DNA from: Vicinamibacterales bacterium
GTDB lineage: Bacteria > Acidobacteriota > Vicinamibacteria > Vicinamibacterales > UBA8438
Direction: 5' to 3'
Length of the DNA stretch: 64,000 bases
Assembly (NCBI GenBank): GCA_965214865.1
Contig: CBDCCN010000004.1
Span: 12,512 to 76,511 of the forward strand
Made by a program: the position numbers and the translations under genes. A model generated the notes under the pieces. It did not search any database, was not told the DNA's origin, and was given only the letters and a program-made list of their open reading frames with translations. How positions within the stretch are numbered: position 1 is the stretch's first letter; each line of letters begins with the position of its first letter. Positions 16,801 through 25,289 of the stretch are shown here, piece after piece.

Positions 16801-16935
16801 GAAAGGAACCACGAACAGGAGGTCGTCACCTCCCGGCGGAGGCGCCGTCCCGTCGGGCCGAGACTGCGCCGACGCCGGGGATGCGACCGCGAGCGCCGTG
16901 GCGAGAAGTCCTGAAACGATTCGTATCATCCGCAT
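13846..16935 (-). CDS. Secreted DUF5916 / CBM9-like domain protein with an extra N-terminal TolB-N-like domain and a Pro/Ala-rich linker
   Basis: Signal peptide (MRMIRIVSGLLATALAVASPASA). N-domain: LLFVVPFTNLSRDPADDWIGAGIAETVAIDL...GDGIRVTARLVDAADGTVL. The core is shared with 17133-19535 (FIQQVPDIGAPATERTEAWITFDD...NLTADFTYNTDFAQVEVDERQVNLTRFPLFFPEKREFF). Confidence 0.85.
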   Translation of the reverse strand: MRMIRIVSGLLATALAVASPASAQSRPDGTAPPPGGDDLLFVVPFTNLSRDPADDWIGAGIAETVAIDLQAGGARIVRATAAVREYAGPNGALGAARQAGAGRVVCGAYQRLGDGIRVTARLVDAADGTVLRSVIVTGMVADIFELQDRVAAELRSGLGLRGGPELAEPPAAPPRAGRSPAPADGRGQGQAEPPAAPPRAGREPPAARAAPNVASGRRGPFAGPAPRPGAEAPRAPAPVPPRPDPPATEAAAVAAPGVAGLPAVASAGAIVDAGLIDGPPAPVPPAVMTRDEEGRTTVRAIRLDRGIRLDGVLDEPVYETMPPITDFIQQVPDIGAPATERTEAWITFDDTNVYVSARVWDSAPESRWVANEMRRDTSQLRQNDTFTAFFDTFYDRRNGFNFYTNPLGARADQQFTNEGNPNADWNPVWDVRTGRFDGGWTVEMEIPFKTLRYRSEPPHVWGLQLRRAIRRKNEWVYLTRLPISAGGGSGSAGIFRVSAAGSLVGLDPPPASRNIEVKPYAIGGVSTDLTASPVLDNERSGDAGLDVKYGITQNLTADFTYNTDFAQVEVDERQVNLTRFPLFFPEKREFFLEGRGIFGFARGGVTGRFGGPGGGPVGGIFGDVNVPQLFYSRKIGLERAPDGTSRVVPIVGGARVTGKIGPFDVGALNIQAGDETVSRSDPTNFTVVRLRRDVLRRSSVGAMFTNRSVSRVAPGSSQAYGVDGTFAFFENLSLITYLARTRVPGPDHRDKDLSYQGAFEYAADRYGLKVDHLLVEDNFLPEVGFLRRDNFRRTYLSGRFSPRPQSIESVRQFSLEGAVDYILTADQNHLETRQNVLAFQTEFESSDRLTFTMTDNYELLVRPFTPPGSGFSIPLGGYSFADAQVSYSIGQQRRVNGTVALKRGAYFDGDLTTVELGQGRIAVLPQMSVEPTVSFNWIDTPYGRFQTNLAVTRVNYAFNPRMFFSGLLQYNSASNSFGSNLRLRWEYSPGSELFVVYTDDRDVTGGLRPDRWDLRNRGFVVKFNRLFRF
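16331..16438. repeat. In-frame 72-bp tandem duplication inside the Pro/Ala-rich linker
   Basis: CGACCGGCGCGGGGCGGCGCGGCCGGCGGCTCGGC occurs at 16331 and 16403. This corresponds to AEPPAAPPRAGR repeated 24 aa apart in the protein. Confidence 0.85.
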
Positions 16936-17055
16936 GGAATTCGCACAGAGTCCGATCAGGGTATCGGTCGCACACGGCTCGTCCGCCAGACTGGCGCCGT
17001 TTCATATGACAAGTACGTCAGACGGACCGCGTAACGGCGGCGTTTACGCGCCGCG

Positions 17056-17120
17056 CCGGGGTCTGCGCCGCAGAACGGTGCAGACCCGGTGAGGAGGGGC
17101 GGGCCGCAGGCGACGACCGA
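17056..17120 (+). repeat. Dispersed palindromic repeat unit (shorter copy)
   Basis: CCGGGGTCTGCGCCG-CAGAA-CGGTGCAGACCCGG, followed by ...GGGGCGGGCCGCAGGCGACGACCG. It sits between the two DUF5916 genes. Confidence 0.6.
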
Positions 17121-17132
17121 CGAGCCGAGCTG

Positions 17133-19535
17133 CTAGTTGCGAAACAGCCGGGTGAGCTTGATCACGAACCCCCGGTCGCGCAGCCCGTCGTAGCGCTCCG
17201 GCCGCAACGGATCGGTATCCTGCTCCTCGGTGTAGACCACGAACAGCTCGCTGCCGGGGGAGTACTCCCAGCGCAGCCGAAGATTGGTCCCCAGCGTGCG
17301 GTTCGCCGAGTTGTACTGCAGCAGGCCGCTGAAGAACATCCGCGGAGAGAAGGTGTAGTTCAGCCGCGCGCGCACGAGATCGGTGCGGAACGACCCGCCC
17401 GGCAGGTCGATCCAGTGGAACGAGACGCTCGGCTCGACCGACAGTTGCGACGACAGGTCGACGCGGCCCCGGCTCAGGTCGACGGACGTGATGTCGCCGT
17501 CGAAGTAGCCGCCCGTCGCCACCTCCACCCGTCCGTTGAGCAGCCGCTGCGGGCCGAGAGCATAGGTCAGGCGCACGTCGGTGAAGTCGTAGCCCCCGGC
17601 AGGAATGCTGACGTCCGCGCCCGACGGCGAGAACGGCTCCTGCAGCAGCTCGTAGCTGTCGCTCAGCCGCACGCCGAACTGATCGCTGTTCTCGAGCTCG
17701 GTCTGGAACGCCACCTGGTTCTGGCGCGTCTCCGGGAGCCCCGTGTCGGCCGTCAGGAAGTAGTCGTGGCTCGCCTCGAGCACGAACTGGCGGACGGCCT
17801 CGAGGGACCGGGGCCGCGGGCTGAACCGCCCGGACAGCGACGTGCGGCGGAAGTTGTCGCGCCGGAGGAACCCGACCTCCGGCCGGAAGTCGTCCTCGAC
17901 GAGCAGGTGGTCCACCTCGAGTCCGTAACGGTCGGCGCCGTAGTCGAAGCGGGCCTGGTAGCTCGTATCGCGGCCCGACACGCCGGTGGTGCGGGTCCTC
18001 GCGTAGTAGCCGAGCAGGTTGACGCTGTCGAAGAACGAGAAGGTGGCGTCGGCGCCGTAGACCCGGTTGGATCCGTCGCCCGACAGCGAAAGCGACCGGT
18101 TGGTGGCGATGGCGCCGACGCTGCTGCGCCGCAGGAGGTCCCGCTTGACGCGCAGCACCGTGAAGTTCGTATCGCGAGCGCGCGAGACCGCTTCGTCGCC
18201 GGTCTGGATGTTCAGCGCCCCGACGTCGAACGCGCCGATCTTCCCGGTCAGGCGTCCGCCGCCGAGGATCGGCACCGCCTGCCCGCCCTGCAGCCCGATG
18301 CGGCGGCTGTAGAAGATGGTCGGCGCGTCGCCGCCGCCGAGCACGCTGCCCCGCCGCAGGCTCCGCGCGGTGCGGAAGCTGCCGCGGGCGAAGTCGAAGA
18401 TGCCGCGCCCTTCGAGAAAGAACTCCCGCTTTTCGGGAAAGAAGAGGTTGAAACGGGTCAGGTTGACCTGCTGCTCGTCCACCTCGACCTGTGCGAAATC
18501 GGTGTTGTACGTGAAGTCGGCGGTCAGGTTCTGCGTGATCCCGTACTTCAGGTCCACGCCCAGCTTGCCGTCGCGTTCGAGCGGCATCCCCGCCCCGGCC
18601 GGTCCGGCGGATTCCGGGGCGGCGGTGGTCAGGCCGCCGATGGCGTACGGCTTGAGCTCCAGGTGGCCGCCGGCGGGCGGCGCCTCGAGCCCGACCAGCG
18701 TGCCGGCGGCGGACACGCGAAAGACGCCGCCGCGTCCGCCGAACCCCGCGGCGGAGATCGGGATCAGGGTCAGGTAGGCCCATTCGTTCTTGCGCATCAC
18801 GGTGCGCCGAAGCTGAATGCCCCAGACCTGGTCGCGCGCCGGCCGGTAACGGAGCGACTTGAACGGCACGACCATCTCGATGGTCCAGCCCCCGTCGAAC
18901 CGATCCGTCCTGACGTCCCACACCGGGTTCCAGTCGCGATTCGGGTTGCCCTCGTTGGTGAGCGCCTGGTCGACGAAGCCGCCGAGCGGATTCGCATAGA
19001 AAAGCAAGGCGTTGCGGCGGTCGTAGAACGTGTCGATCAGGAACCCGAACAGGTCGTTGTTCAACATGTTGAACGCGTCGCGGCGCATCTCGGTCGCCAC
19101 CCACTCGGTGGGCGGGGCGCTGTCCCAGCAGCGCCCCGCGACGTAGAAGTTCTCGTCGTCGAACATCACCCAGGCGTCGGTCCGCTCGGTGGCCGGCGCT
19201 CCTTCGTCGGGAAGCTGCTGGATGAAGTCGGAGACGGGCGCGACGGCGTCGTAGACCGGCTCGTCGAGCCGGCCGTCGACCTCGATGCCGGCGAGGAGGC
19301 GAATGGCGCGCATGGTCGCCTGCCCCCCGTCCCGCGTGATGACGTCGGGCGCCACGGGCGCAGGCGGCCCGTCGATGACGACGTCGGTCTCGAACCGGGT
19401 CCCGTCGGGAACCGGCGCCGGCGTGCCGGCCGGGACCTGCATCCGCCCGGACGGCGCCTCGACGGCCCGGGCCGTTGCGGAGACGGCGCACGACACGCAG
19501 AACGCCGGCAGGACGCCGACCGCGATCGCCTTCAT
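17133..19535 (-). CDS. Secreted DUF5916 / CBM9-like domain protein (paralog without the N-terminal extension)
   Basis: Signal peptide MKAIAVGVLPAFCVSCAVSATARA from ATG 19535. Collinear homology to 13846-16935 (FIQQLPDEGAPATERTDAWVMFDD...NLTADFTYNTDFAQVEVDEQQVNLTRFNLFFPEKREFF). Confidence 0.85.
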   Translation of the reverse strand: MKAIAVGVLPAFCVSCAVSATARAVEAPSGRMQVPAGTPAPVPDGTRFETDVVIDGPPAPVAPDVITRDGGQATMRAIRLLAGIEVDGRLDEPVYDAVAPVSDFIQQLPDEGAPATERTDAWVMFDDENFYVAGRCWDSAPPTEWVATEMRRDAFNMLNNDLFGFLIDTFYDRRNALLFYANPLGGFVDQALTNEGNPNRDWNPVWDVRTDRFDGGWTIEMVVPFKSLRYRPARDQVWGIQLRRTVMRKNEWAYLTLIPISAAGFGGRGGVFRVSAAGTLVGLEAPPAGGHLELKPYAIGGLTTAAPESAGPAGAGMPLERDGKLGVDLKYGITQNLTADFTYNTDFAQVEVDEQQVNLTRFNLFFPEKREFFLEGRGIFDFARGSFRTARSLRRGSVLGGGDAPTIFYSRRIGLQGGQAVPILGGGRLTGKIGAFDVGALNIQTGDEAVSRARDTNFTVLRVKRDLLRRSSVGAIATNRSLSLSGDGSNRVYGADATFSFFDSVNLLGYYARTRTTGVSGRDTSYQARFDYGADRYGLEVDHLLVEDDFRPEVGFLRRDNFRRTSLSGRFSPRPRSLEAVRQFVLEASHDYFLTADTGLPETRQNQVAFQTELENSDQFGVRLSDSYELLQEPFSPSGADVSIPAGGYDFTDVRLTYALGPQRLLNGRVEVATGGYFDGDITSVDLSRGRVDLSSQLSVEPSVSFHWIDLPGGSFRTDLVRARLNYTFSPRMFFSGLLQYNSANRTLGTNLRLRWEYSPGSELFVVYTEEQDTDPLRPERYDGLRDRGFVIKLTRLFRN

Positions 19536-19622
19536 GAACGGTGTGGATCCTCGCACATTCGAGCGGGCCATGAACGGCGGGCGCTGACGGCGGGCGGCGC
19601 AGGCGCCCGCGAGCCGCGCGTC

Positions 19623-19651
19623 TTGACGCCCCCCGCCGCCGGTTGTAGGCT
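19623..19651 (+). promoter_or_regulatory. Candidate sigma70-type promoter for the DUF3500 gene
   Basis: TTGACG (19623-19628), a 17-nt spacer, then TAGGCT (19646-19651). A GAGGAGGG Shine-Dalgarno sequence lies at 19674-19681 before ATG 19687. Confidence 0.35.
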
Positions 19652-19686
19652 CGGCTCACTCACAAAGAGGCCCGAGGAGGGAATCC

Positions 19687-20736
19687 ATGAAGGTGTCCGC
19701 ACGACTCGTTCCACTCGTCTTCGTGGTTCTGGCCATCGTCACCGCCGGGGCCGCCACCATGCAGGACAAGGCCGGCCGGACCGCCTCGATGGCGGAGGCG
19801 GCGCAGGCGTTCCTCGACACGCTGACGCCGGAGCAGCGCTCGGCCGCGATGTTCCCGTTCGACAGCGACGATCGCTTCGACTGGCACTACATCCCGCGCG
19901 AGCGCAAGGGCGTTCCGCTGAAGGCGATGAGCGGGACCCAGAAGAAGGCGGCGCTGGCCCTCGTGGCGGCGAGCCTGAGCGCCGAGGGCTACGACAAGTC
20001 GGAGCGGATCCGGCAGCTCGAGCAGATCCTCTACGACCGCGAGGGGCGCGCCATCCGCGACACCGAGCTCTACTTCTTCATGATTTTCGGCGAGCCGACG
20101 GCGGACGGGACGTGGGGCTGGCGTTACGAGGGGCACCACATCTCGCAGAACTGGACGGTCCTCGACGGCATGCTCAGCTCCAGCACGCCGCAATTCTTCG
20201 GCACGAACCCCGCCCACGTCCGCGAGGGCAGCCGCGCCGGCGAGCGGGTCCTGGTGCTGGAGGACATCCTGCCCCGCAGCCTGATCGCCTCGATGTCCGA
20301 CGCCCACCGCAGGGCCGCCATCGTCTCCGACGAGGCTCCGAGCGACATCCTGACCACCTCCGACCGGCAGGCCGCGATACAGGAGAACACCGGCGTCGCC
20401 TTCGGCGACCTCAGCCGGGGTCAGCAGGACGTGCTCTGGGCGCTGATCGAGGAGTACGCCGGAGCGCAGCCGCCGGCGATCGCGGCCGAGCGCCTCGCCA
20501 AGGTGAAGGAAGCCGGCCTCGACGGCATCCGGTTCGCCTGGATGGGCAGCCTCGACGAGGGTGTGCCGCACTACTACCGCGTGCAGGGCCCGACGTTCCT
20601 CATCGAGTACGACAACGTGCAGAACGGGGCGAACCACGTGCACAGCGTGTGGCGCGACTTCGACGGCGACTTCGGGCGCGACATGCTCGCCGCGCACTAC
20701 CGGCAGTACCCGCACGGCGCGTTCAACGCCGATTGA
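19687..20736 (+). CDS. DUF3500-family secreted protein
   Basis: Signal peptide plus family-typical segments (RFDWHYIPRERKGVPL, WRYEGHHISQNW, HYYRVQGPTFLIEYDNVQNGANHVHSVWRD). Confidence 0.85.
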   Translation: MKVSARLVPLVFVVLAIVTAGAATMQDKAGRTASMAEAAQAFLDTLTPEQRSAAMFPFDSDDRFDWHYIPRERKGVPLKAMSGTQKKAALALVAASLSAEGYDKSERIRQLEQILYDREGRAIRDTELYFFMIFGEPTADGTWGWRYEGHHISQNWTVLDGMLSSSTPQFFGTNPAHVREGSRAGERVLVLEDILPRSLIASMSDAHRRAAIVSDEAPSDILTTSDRQAAIQENTGVAFGDLSRGQQDVLWALIEEYAGAQPPAIAAERLAKVKEAGLDGIRFAWMGSLDEGVPHYYRVQGPTFLIEYDNVQNGANHVHSVWRDFDGDFGRDMLAAHYRQYPHGAFNAD

Positions 20737-20798
20737 GCGGCGAATCGTGCCCGTTGCGCCCCCCCGGCCGGGCAGCCGGAGGGGCGCGAGCAGGCCGG

Positions 20799-20833
20799 GA
20801 GCCGGGCGGCAGGCGTTCCGTCCGGCTCTTTCC
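20799..20833 (+). terminator. Candidate terminator hairpin between convergent genes
   Basis: GAGCCGG-N16-CCGGCTC followed by TTTCC. The stem is weak (7 bp) with a large loop. Confidence 0.3.
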
Positions 20834-20845
20834 GCGTTCGGACCG

Positions 20846-22156
20846 TCACGACGGCGACGGGCGGTTGGCCGCCGCGGCGTTCGAGCGGATGACGACCAGC
20901 GTGCGGTCGTCCACCTGCTTGCCGGCCCCGAACCGGTGCACGTCCTGCATCACGCGGCTGCAGAGCTCCGTCGCGCCCGCCCGGCCCGCCTCCCGCAGCG
21001 TCGCGATGAGTCGCGAGCTGCCGTACTCCTCGCCGTCGGGATTCGTCTGCTCGACGATGCCGTCGGTGTACAGACCCAGGACGTCGCCCGGCGCCAGCAC
21101 CGCGCGTCCTTCGAAGTAGCGCGGCGCCTCGAACAGCCCGAGCGGAACGCCGCCTTCCTCCAGCAGCTCCACCTCGCCGTTCGCGCGCACCAGCACCGGC
21201 GGCACGTGCCCGGCGTTGACGTAGAGCAGGCTTTTCGCCGGCACGTCGAGCACCATGTAGAAGAGCGTCACGTAGCGCCCCTCCTCCACCGACTCGTGGA
21301 AGAAGCGGTTCGCGCGGCGCATGATCGCACGCACGGCCAGCTCGTGGCCGACGAGCGAGGCGATGGAGGCGCGGGTTGCGGCGACGAGCAGCGCGGCGGC
21401 GATGCCCTTGCCGACGACGTCCGCGATCACCACGCCCCAGCGATCCTCCGGCAACGGAATGAACTCGTAGTAGTCGCCGCCGACGGCCAGCGACGACTCG
21501 TGCGCCCCCGCGATGTCGAATCCGGCCACCGCCGGCGTCGCCCGCGGCAACAGGTCCGTCATCACGTCCCGTGCGAGGGCGAGATCGCTGTCGAGGCGGC
21601 GCTTGTCGCGTACCTCCGCAATGAGGCGCGCGTTCTCGATGGTCGCGGCGACGGCGGCGGCATAGACGCGGACCACCTCCTCCGCCGCATCGTCGTACCC
21701 CGACGGCCGGTCCGACCAGAGGTCGAGCGCCCCGCGCACGCGCCCCCGGGAACCGATCAGGGGCACGACCAGCCGCGAGCGCGCCCGCGCGCGCCCCTCG
21801 CACACGCCGGGCTGATCCTGCAGCGACACCGGCTCGCCGGAGGCGAGGACCCGGCCGACCACGCCGTGGCCCTCGAAGGGCGCGGTCATCTCGACCGGCA
21901 CGGGATTGACGCATCCGCGCACGAGACTGTGCGACACGCGCGCCCCGAGCGGATCGACGACGTAGACGCCGGCCGCATCGTGCTCGACGAGCGACACCAG
22001 ACCGTCGAGGATGCCGTTCAGAATGCGGTTCGCGTCACTCCCGTCGGTGGTGAGACGAAACGCCTCGACCATGACGCGCGCCGCGGCGACGGCGTCGTCA
22101 CCGACCCTGGCCGTGGGCCGGCCGTGCCCGCTCCCGGAGTCGCCCGACTTCGGCAT
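20846..22156 (-). CDS. GAF domain-containing PP2C/SpoIIE-family serine phosphatase
   Basis: N-terminal GAF-like region, then the SpoIIE motifs (AVGGDYYEFIPL...VVIADVVGKGIAAALL...YVNAGHVPPVL...LYTDGIVE...DDRTLVVI). ATG chosen at 22156. Confidence 0.85.
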   Translation of the reverse strand: MPKSGDSGSGHGRPTARVGDDAVAAARVMVEAFRLTTDGSDANRILNGILDGLVSLVEHDAAGVYVVDPLGARVSHSLVRGCVNPVPVEMTAPFEGHGVVGRVLASGEPVSLQDQPGVCEGRARARSRLVVPLIGSRGRVRGALDLWSDRPSGYDDAAEEVVRVYAAAVAATIENARLIAEVRDKRRLDSDLALARDVMTDLLPRATPAVAGFDIAGAHESSLAVGGDYYEFIPLPEDRWGVVIADVVGKGIAAALLVAATRASIASLVGHELAVRAIMRRANRFFHESVEEGRYVTLFYMVLDVPAKSLLYVNAGHVPPVLVRANGEVELLEEGGVPLGLFEAPRYFEGRAVLAPGDVLGLYTDGIVEQTNPDGEEYGSSRLIATLREAGRAGATELCSRVMQDVHRFGAGKQVDDRTLVVIRSNAAAANRPSPS

Positions 22157-22304
22157 GCCGCTATTGTAGATGTTCGCCCGCGGATGTTCGCCCGTGGCGG
22201 CCACGAGCGCCGTTACGCACGGGACGCCGCAGGCGGCGGCGCACCGTGGCGCGCCGTGAACCGGCGGTGGAGCGCGTGGTAGGATCACCGGGATCCGAAC
22301 ACGT

Positions 22305-22381
22305 GGTGAGTGTAGCTCAGTCGGTAGAGCGCCGGACTGTGGCTCCGGATGTCGCGGGTTCGAGTCCCGTCACTCACCCCA
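22305..22381 (+). tRNA. tRNA-His (anticodon GTG)
   Basis: Folded by hand: extra G-1, acceptor GTGAGTG/CACTCAC, anticodon arm CCGGA-CTGTGGC-TCCGG, T-arm GCGGG-TTCGAGT-CCCGT, encoded CCA. Confidence 0.95.
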
Positions 22382-22482
22382 TATCCGATCACCGTCTCGC
22401 GCGTGCGTTCCGGCCGGCGGTCTGCCGGTGCGCCGACGCGTGTCGCGCCGTGCCCGCGGAACGCCTCCACCGGCTCGGCGCC

Positions 22483-23805
22483 ATGTGGCGCTCCGTTCGG
22501 TGGGGCCTGCTGCAGGCGGCGCGGCTTTTCATCGCCGCCGCCTGGATCACCGCGTGCGGCGCCGTGGCGAGCGCCGAGCGCGCGCGGCCGGCGCAGGCGA
22601 CCGGCACCGGCGGGATCAACCAGCCCGCGGCAGAATCCCGGCCGTTCGTCGTCCTCGTTTCGTTCGACGGCTTTCGCCCCGTCTACCTGACCCGCTTCGA
22701 CACGCCGCACTTCGACCGTCTCGCGGCCCGCGGAATGCGCGCCGCCGGCCTGGTCAGCGTCTTCCCTTCATTGACGTTCCCGGCGCACTACTCCATCGCC
22801 ACCGGCCTCCATCCGGAAGAGCACGGGATCGTCGGCAACCGGTTCTTCGATCCGGCGCGAGGGGCCGAGTTCGACTACCGCCGACGCGGCGACCCGCGGG
22901 ACGGCTCGTGGTGGGGCGGCGAGCCGATCTGGGTCACCGCGGAAACCCAGGGGATGGTCGCGGCGGCGTTCTTCTTCCCGGGCACGGAAGCCGACATCGG
23001 CGGCGTTCGCCCGAGCCGCTGGCGCCCGTACGACGGCCGCGTCCCGAACCCCGAGCGGGTCGAACAGGTCCTGACGTGGTTGGCGCTGCCGCCCAGGGAA
23101 CGTCCGCACCTCGTCACGCTCTACTTCTCGCTGGTCGACAGCGCCGGCCACCGGCTCGGCCCCGACCATCCGGACATGCGGCGGAGCGTCGAGAGCGCCG
23201 ACCGCCTGCTGGGACGGCTGCTGGACGGCGTCGCCGCGCTGCCGCACGCGGACCGCGTCGCCCTGGTCGTGGTCTCCGATCACGGGATGGCCGCGCCGGA
23301 CCCGGACCGGACGACCGTGCTCCCGGAAGTGACGGACCTGACCGGCGTGCGACTCGTGGCGGCCGGTCCCGCGGTCAGCCTGCACGTCGGCGATCCGGAG
23401 CGCGCCCGCGCCCTGCGCGACCGGCTCGACGCGCGGCTCGTCCACGCGCGGGCGTATCTGCGGGAAGAGCTCCCGGCGCATCTGCACGCACGCGGCAATG
23501 CGCGTTTCGGCGACCTGCTGGTGATGCCGGCCGGCACGGGCGTGGTGCAGTTCGACGCCGACGACAGGCCGCCCGCCGGCACGCACGGCTGGGATCCGAC
23601 CCTGCCGGAAATGCACGGCATCTTCCTCGCGGCCGGTCCGGGAATCGCGGCGGGCGTCACGCTGCCGACAGTCGATGCGGTCGATGTCTATCCGCTCGTC
23701 GCCCACCTGCTCGGCCTGACGCCGAATCCGGAAATCGCCGGGAACCTCGCGGCGTTCGCGCCGGCGCTGCTGCCGGCGAGGTCGCCGCCCGCGTTCCCGA
23801 GGTAG
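22483..23805 (+). CDS. Ectonucleotide pyrophosphatase/phosphodiesterase (NPP, alkaline-phosphatase superfamily), secreted
   Basis: VVLVSFDGFRPVYL...VFPSLTFPAHYSIATGLHPEEHGIVGN...YFSLVDSAGHRLGP...VVVSDHGM are NPP/type I phosphodiesterase motifs. An N-terminal signal-like helix is present. Confidence 0.85.
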   Translation: MWRSVRWGLLQAARLFIAAAWITACGAVASAERARPAQATGTGGINQPAAESRPFVVLVSFDGFRPVYLTRFDTPHFDRLAARGMRAAGLVSVFPSLTFPAHYSIATGLHPEEHGIVGNRFFDPARGAEFDYRRRGDPRDGSWWGGEPIWVTAETQGMVAAAFFFPGTEADIGGVRPSRWRPYDGRVPNPERVEQVLTWLALPPRERPHLVTLYFSLVDSAGHRLGPDHPDMRRSVESADRLLGRLLDGVAALPHADRVALVVVSDHGMAAPDPDRTTVLPEVTDLTGVRLVAAGPAVSLHVGDPERARALRDRLDARLVHARAYLREELPAHLHARGNARFGDLLVMPAGTGVVQFDADDRPPAGTHGWDPTLPEMHGIFLAAGPGIAAGVTLPTVDAVDVYPLVAHLLGLTPNPEIAGNLAAFAPALLPARSPPAFPR

Positions 23806-23819
23806 ACACGGCAACATCG

Positions 23820-24686
23820 ATGGCGACGCGGGTGCACTCCGTCCTCGCCCACGCGGGCAGCCTGGTGTTCCCCGGCGTCTACGACACCCTGTCGGCGAAG
23901 CTGGCCGAGCGGGCCGGCTTCGAGCTCGCGTTCGTGTCGGGGTACGCGGTCTCGGCCACCTGCATCGGCGAGCCGGACGTCGGCCTGCTGACCCAGAGCG
24001 AGGTGATCGATCGGGCGCGGCGCATCTGCGGCAGCGTCGACATTCCCATCCTCGTCGACGCCGACACCGGCTACGGCAATGCGCTGAACGTCGTCCGCAC
24101 CGTGCGCGAGCTGATCGCGGCGGGGGCCGCGGGCTGCTTCATCGAGGATCAGGTGTGGCCGAAGCGCTGCGGTCACATGCGCGGCAAGCGGGTCGTCCCG
24201 CGCAGCGATTACCTCGGCAAGATCCGCGCCGCGGTGGACACGAAGGGCGGCGCGGACTTCTTCCTCGTCGCCCGCACCGACGCGATCGCCGACGGCGGCA
24301 TCGACGAGGCGCTGGCGCGCGCGGAGGAAGCCCGCGCCGCAGGAGCCGACGCCACTTTCGTGGAGGCGCCGCGCACCCGCGAGGAGCTGGCCGCGGTGGG
24401 CCGGCGGGCGCCGAAGCCGACCGTGGCGAACATGGTCGAACAGGGACGTACGCCGGTGCTCCCGCGCGAGGAACTGGCCGCGCTCGGGTTCCAGCTCGTC
24501 CTCTATCCGGTGTCCGGTCTGTACGCGGCGGCCAGGGCCCTGGAGACGGTTTACGGGCGCCTGCGGGCCGAGGGGACGACGGCGGGCGCCGAGGATCGGT
24601 TCATCGCCTTCGAGCGGTTCAACGACCTGATCGGCGTCGACGAGAAGCACGCCCTGGCCGAGCGCTACGACGGCGGTGATGCGTAG
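23820..24686 (+). CDS. Isocitrate lyase/PEP mutase superfamily enzyme (2-methylisocitrate lyase-like)
   Basis: FPGVYDTLSAKLAERAGFE...ILVDADTGYGN...IEDQVWPKRCGHMRGK. The KRCGH catalytic-loop motif is of the lyase type rather than the PEP mutase type. Confidence 0.8.
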   Translation: MATRVHSVLAHAGSLVFPGVYDTLSAKLAERAGFELAFVSGYAVSATCIGEPDVGLLTQSEVIDRARRICGSVDIPILVDADTGYGNALNVVRTVRELIAAGAAGCFIEDQVWPKRCGHMRGKRVVPRSDYLGKIRAAVDTKGGADFFLVARTDAIADGGIDEALARAEEARAAGADATFVEAPRTREELAAVGRRAPKPTVANMVEQGRTPVLPREELAALGFQLVLYPVSGLYAAARALETVYGRLRAEGTTAGAEDRFIAFERFNDLIGVDEKHALAERYDGGDA

Positions 24687-24762
24687 CCGCTCCGATCTCC
24701 GGCCCGGGCTCCGCGCCGGCCCGTCCGCGAGCTCACCAGTAGCGCGCATCCGTCGCGGGCGC

Positions 24763-24768
24763 TATAAT
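24763..24768 (+). promoter_or_regulatory. Candidate -10 box (TATAAT) upstream of coxS
   Basis: Perfect TATAAT 27 nt before GTG 24795, with a GGGAGG Shine-Dalgarno sequence at 24783-24788. No convincing -35 was seen. Confidence 0.3.
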
Positions 24769-24794
24769 GCCGCTCCCTGCCTGGGAGGTGACGT

Positions 24795-25289
24795 GTGAAA
24801 GTCCCCGTCCGCATCACGGTCAACGGCCGCCTCATCGAACGCGAGGTCGAGCCCCGGCTGCTGCTGGTCCACTTCATCCGCGACCTCGCCGAGCTGACCG
24901 GCACGAAGGTCGGCTGCGACACGAGCCAGTGCGGCTCGTGCACGGTGCTGCTGGACGGCGTGTCCGCCAAGTCGTGCACCACGCTGGCGGTGCAGGCCGA
25001 CGGCGCCGGCGTCACGACGGTCGAAGGGCTGGCCGACGGCGAGAAGCTGCATCCGCTCCAGGAGAGCTTCTGGAACAAGCACGGCCTGCAGTGCGGCTTC
25101 TGCACCCCCGGCATGCTCCTCGCCTCGCACGAGCTGCTGCGGACGAACGCGTCGCCGAGCGACGACGAGATCCGACACGGGCTCGAGGGCAACATCTGCC
25201 GGTGCACCGGCTACCAGAACATCGTGCGCGCCGTGCATGACGCGGCCGCAGCGATGGCGGCGGACCAGTGGCGGGAGAGACAGCCATGA
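24795..25289 (+). CDS. coxS: (2Fe-2S)-binding small subunit of a molybdenum hydroxylase (CoxS/CutS-like)
   Basis: Two [2Fe-2S] cysteine clusters ([11 protein letters not shown] and CGFCTPG...CRCTGY). Confidence 0.92.
   Translation: MKVPVRITVNGRLIEREVEPRLLLVHFIRDLAELTGTKVGCDTSQCGSCTVLLDGVSAKSCTTLAVQADGAGVTTVEGLADGEKLHPLQESFWNKHGLQCGFCTPGMLLASHELLRTNASPSDDEIRHGLEGNICRCTGYQNIVRAVHDAAAAMAADQWRERQP

Noticed and set aside
12524-21119. Very long ORFs in the track: 12524-15904 (-), 1126 aa; 13192-16914 (+), 1240 aa; 17415-21119 (+), 1234 aa; 17044-19659 (-), 871 aa.
   Set aside because: They are Arg/Gly/Pro/Ala-rich low-complexity translations, antisense or out of frame to well-supported genes (CBS, DUF5916 x2, DUF3500). 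This is typical stop-codon depletion in GC-rich DNA. Only the last 169 codons of 12524-15904 form a real gene.
23820-24686. Possible PEP mutase, which would hint at a phosphonate biosynthesis locus next to the NPP phosphodiesterase.
   Set aside because: The catalytic loop is the lyase-type KRCGH (EDQVWPKRCGH). No phosphonopyruvate decarboxylase or other phosphonate genes follow.
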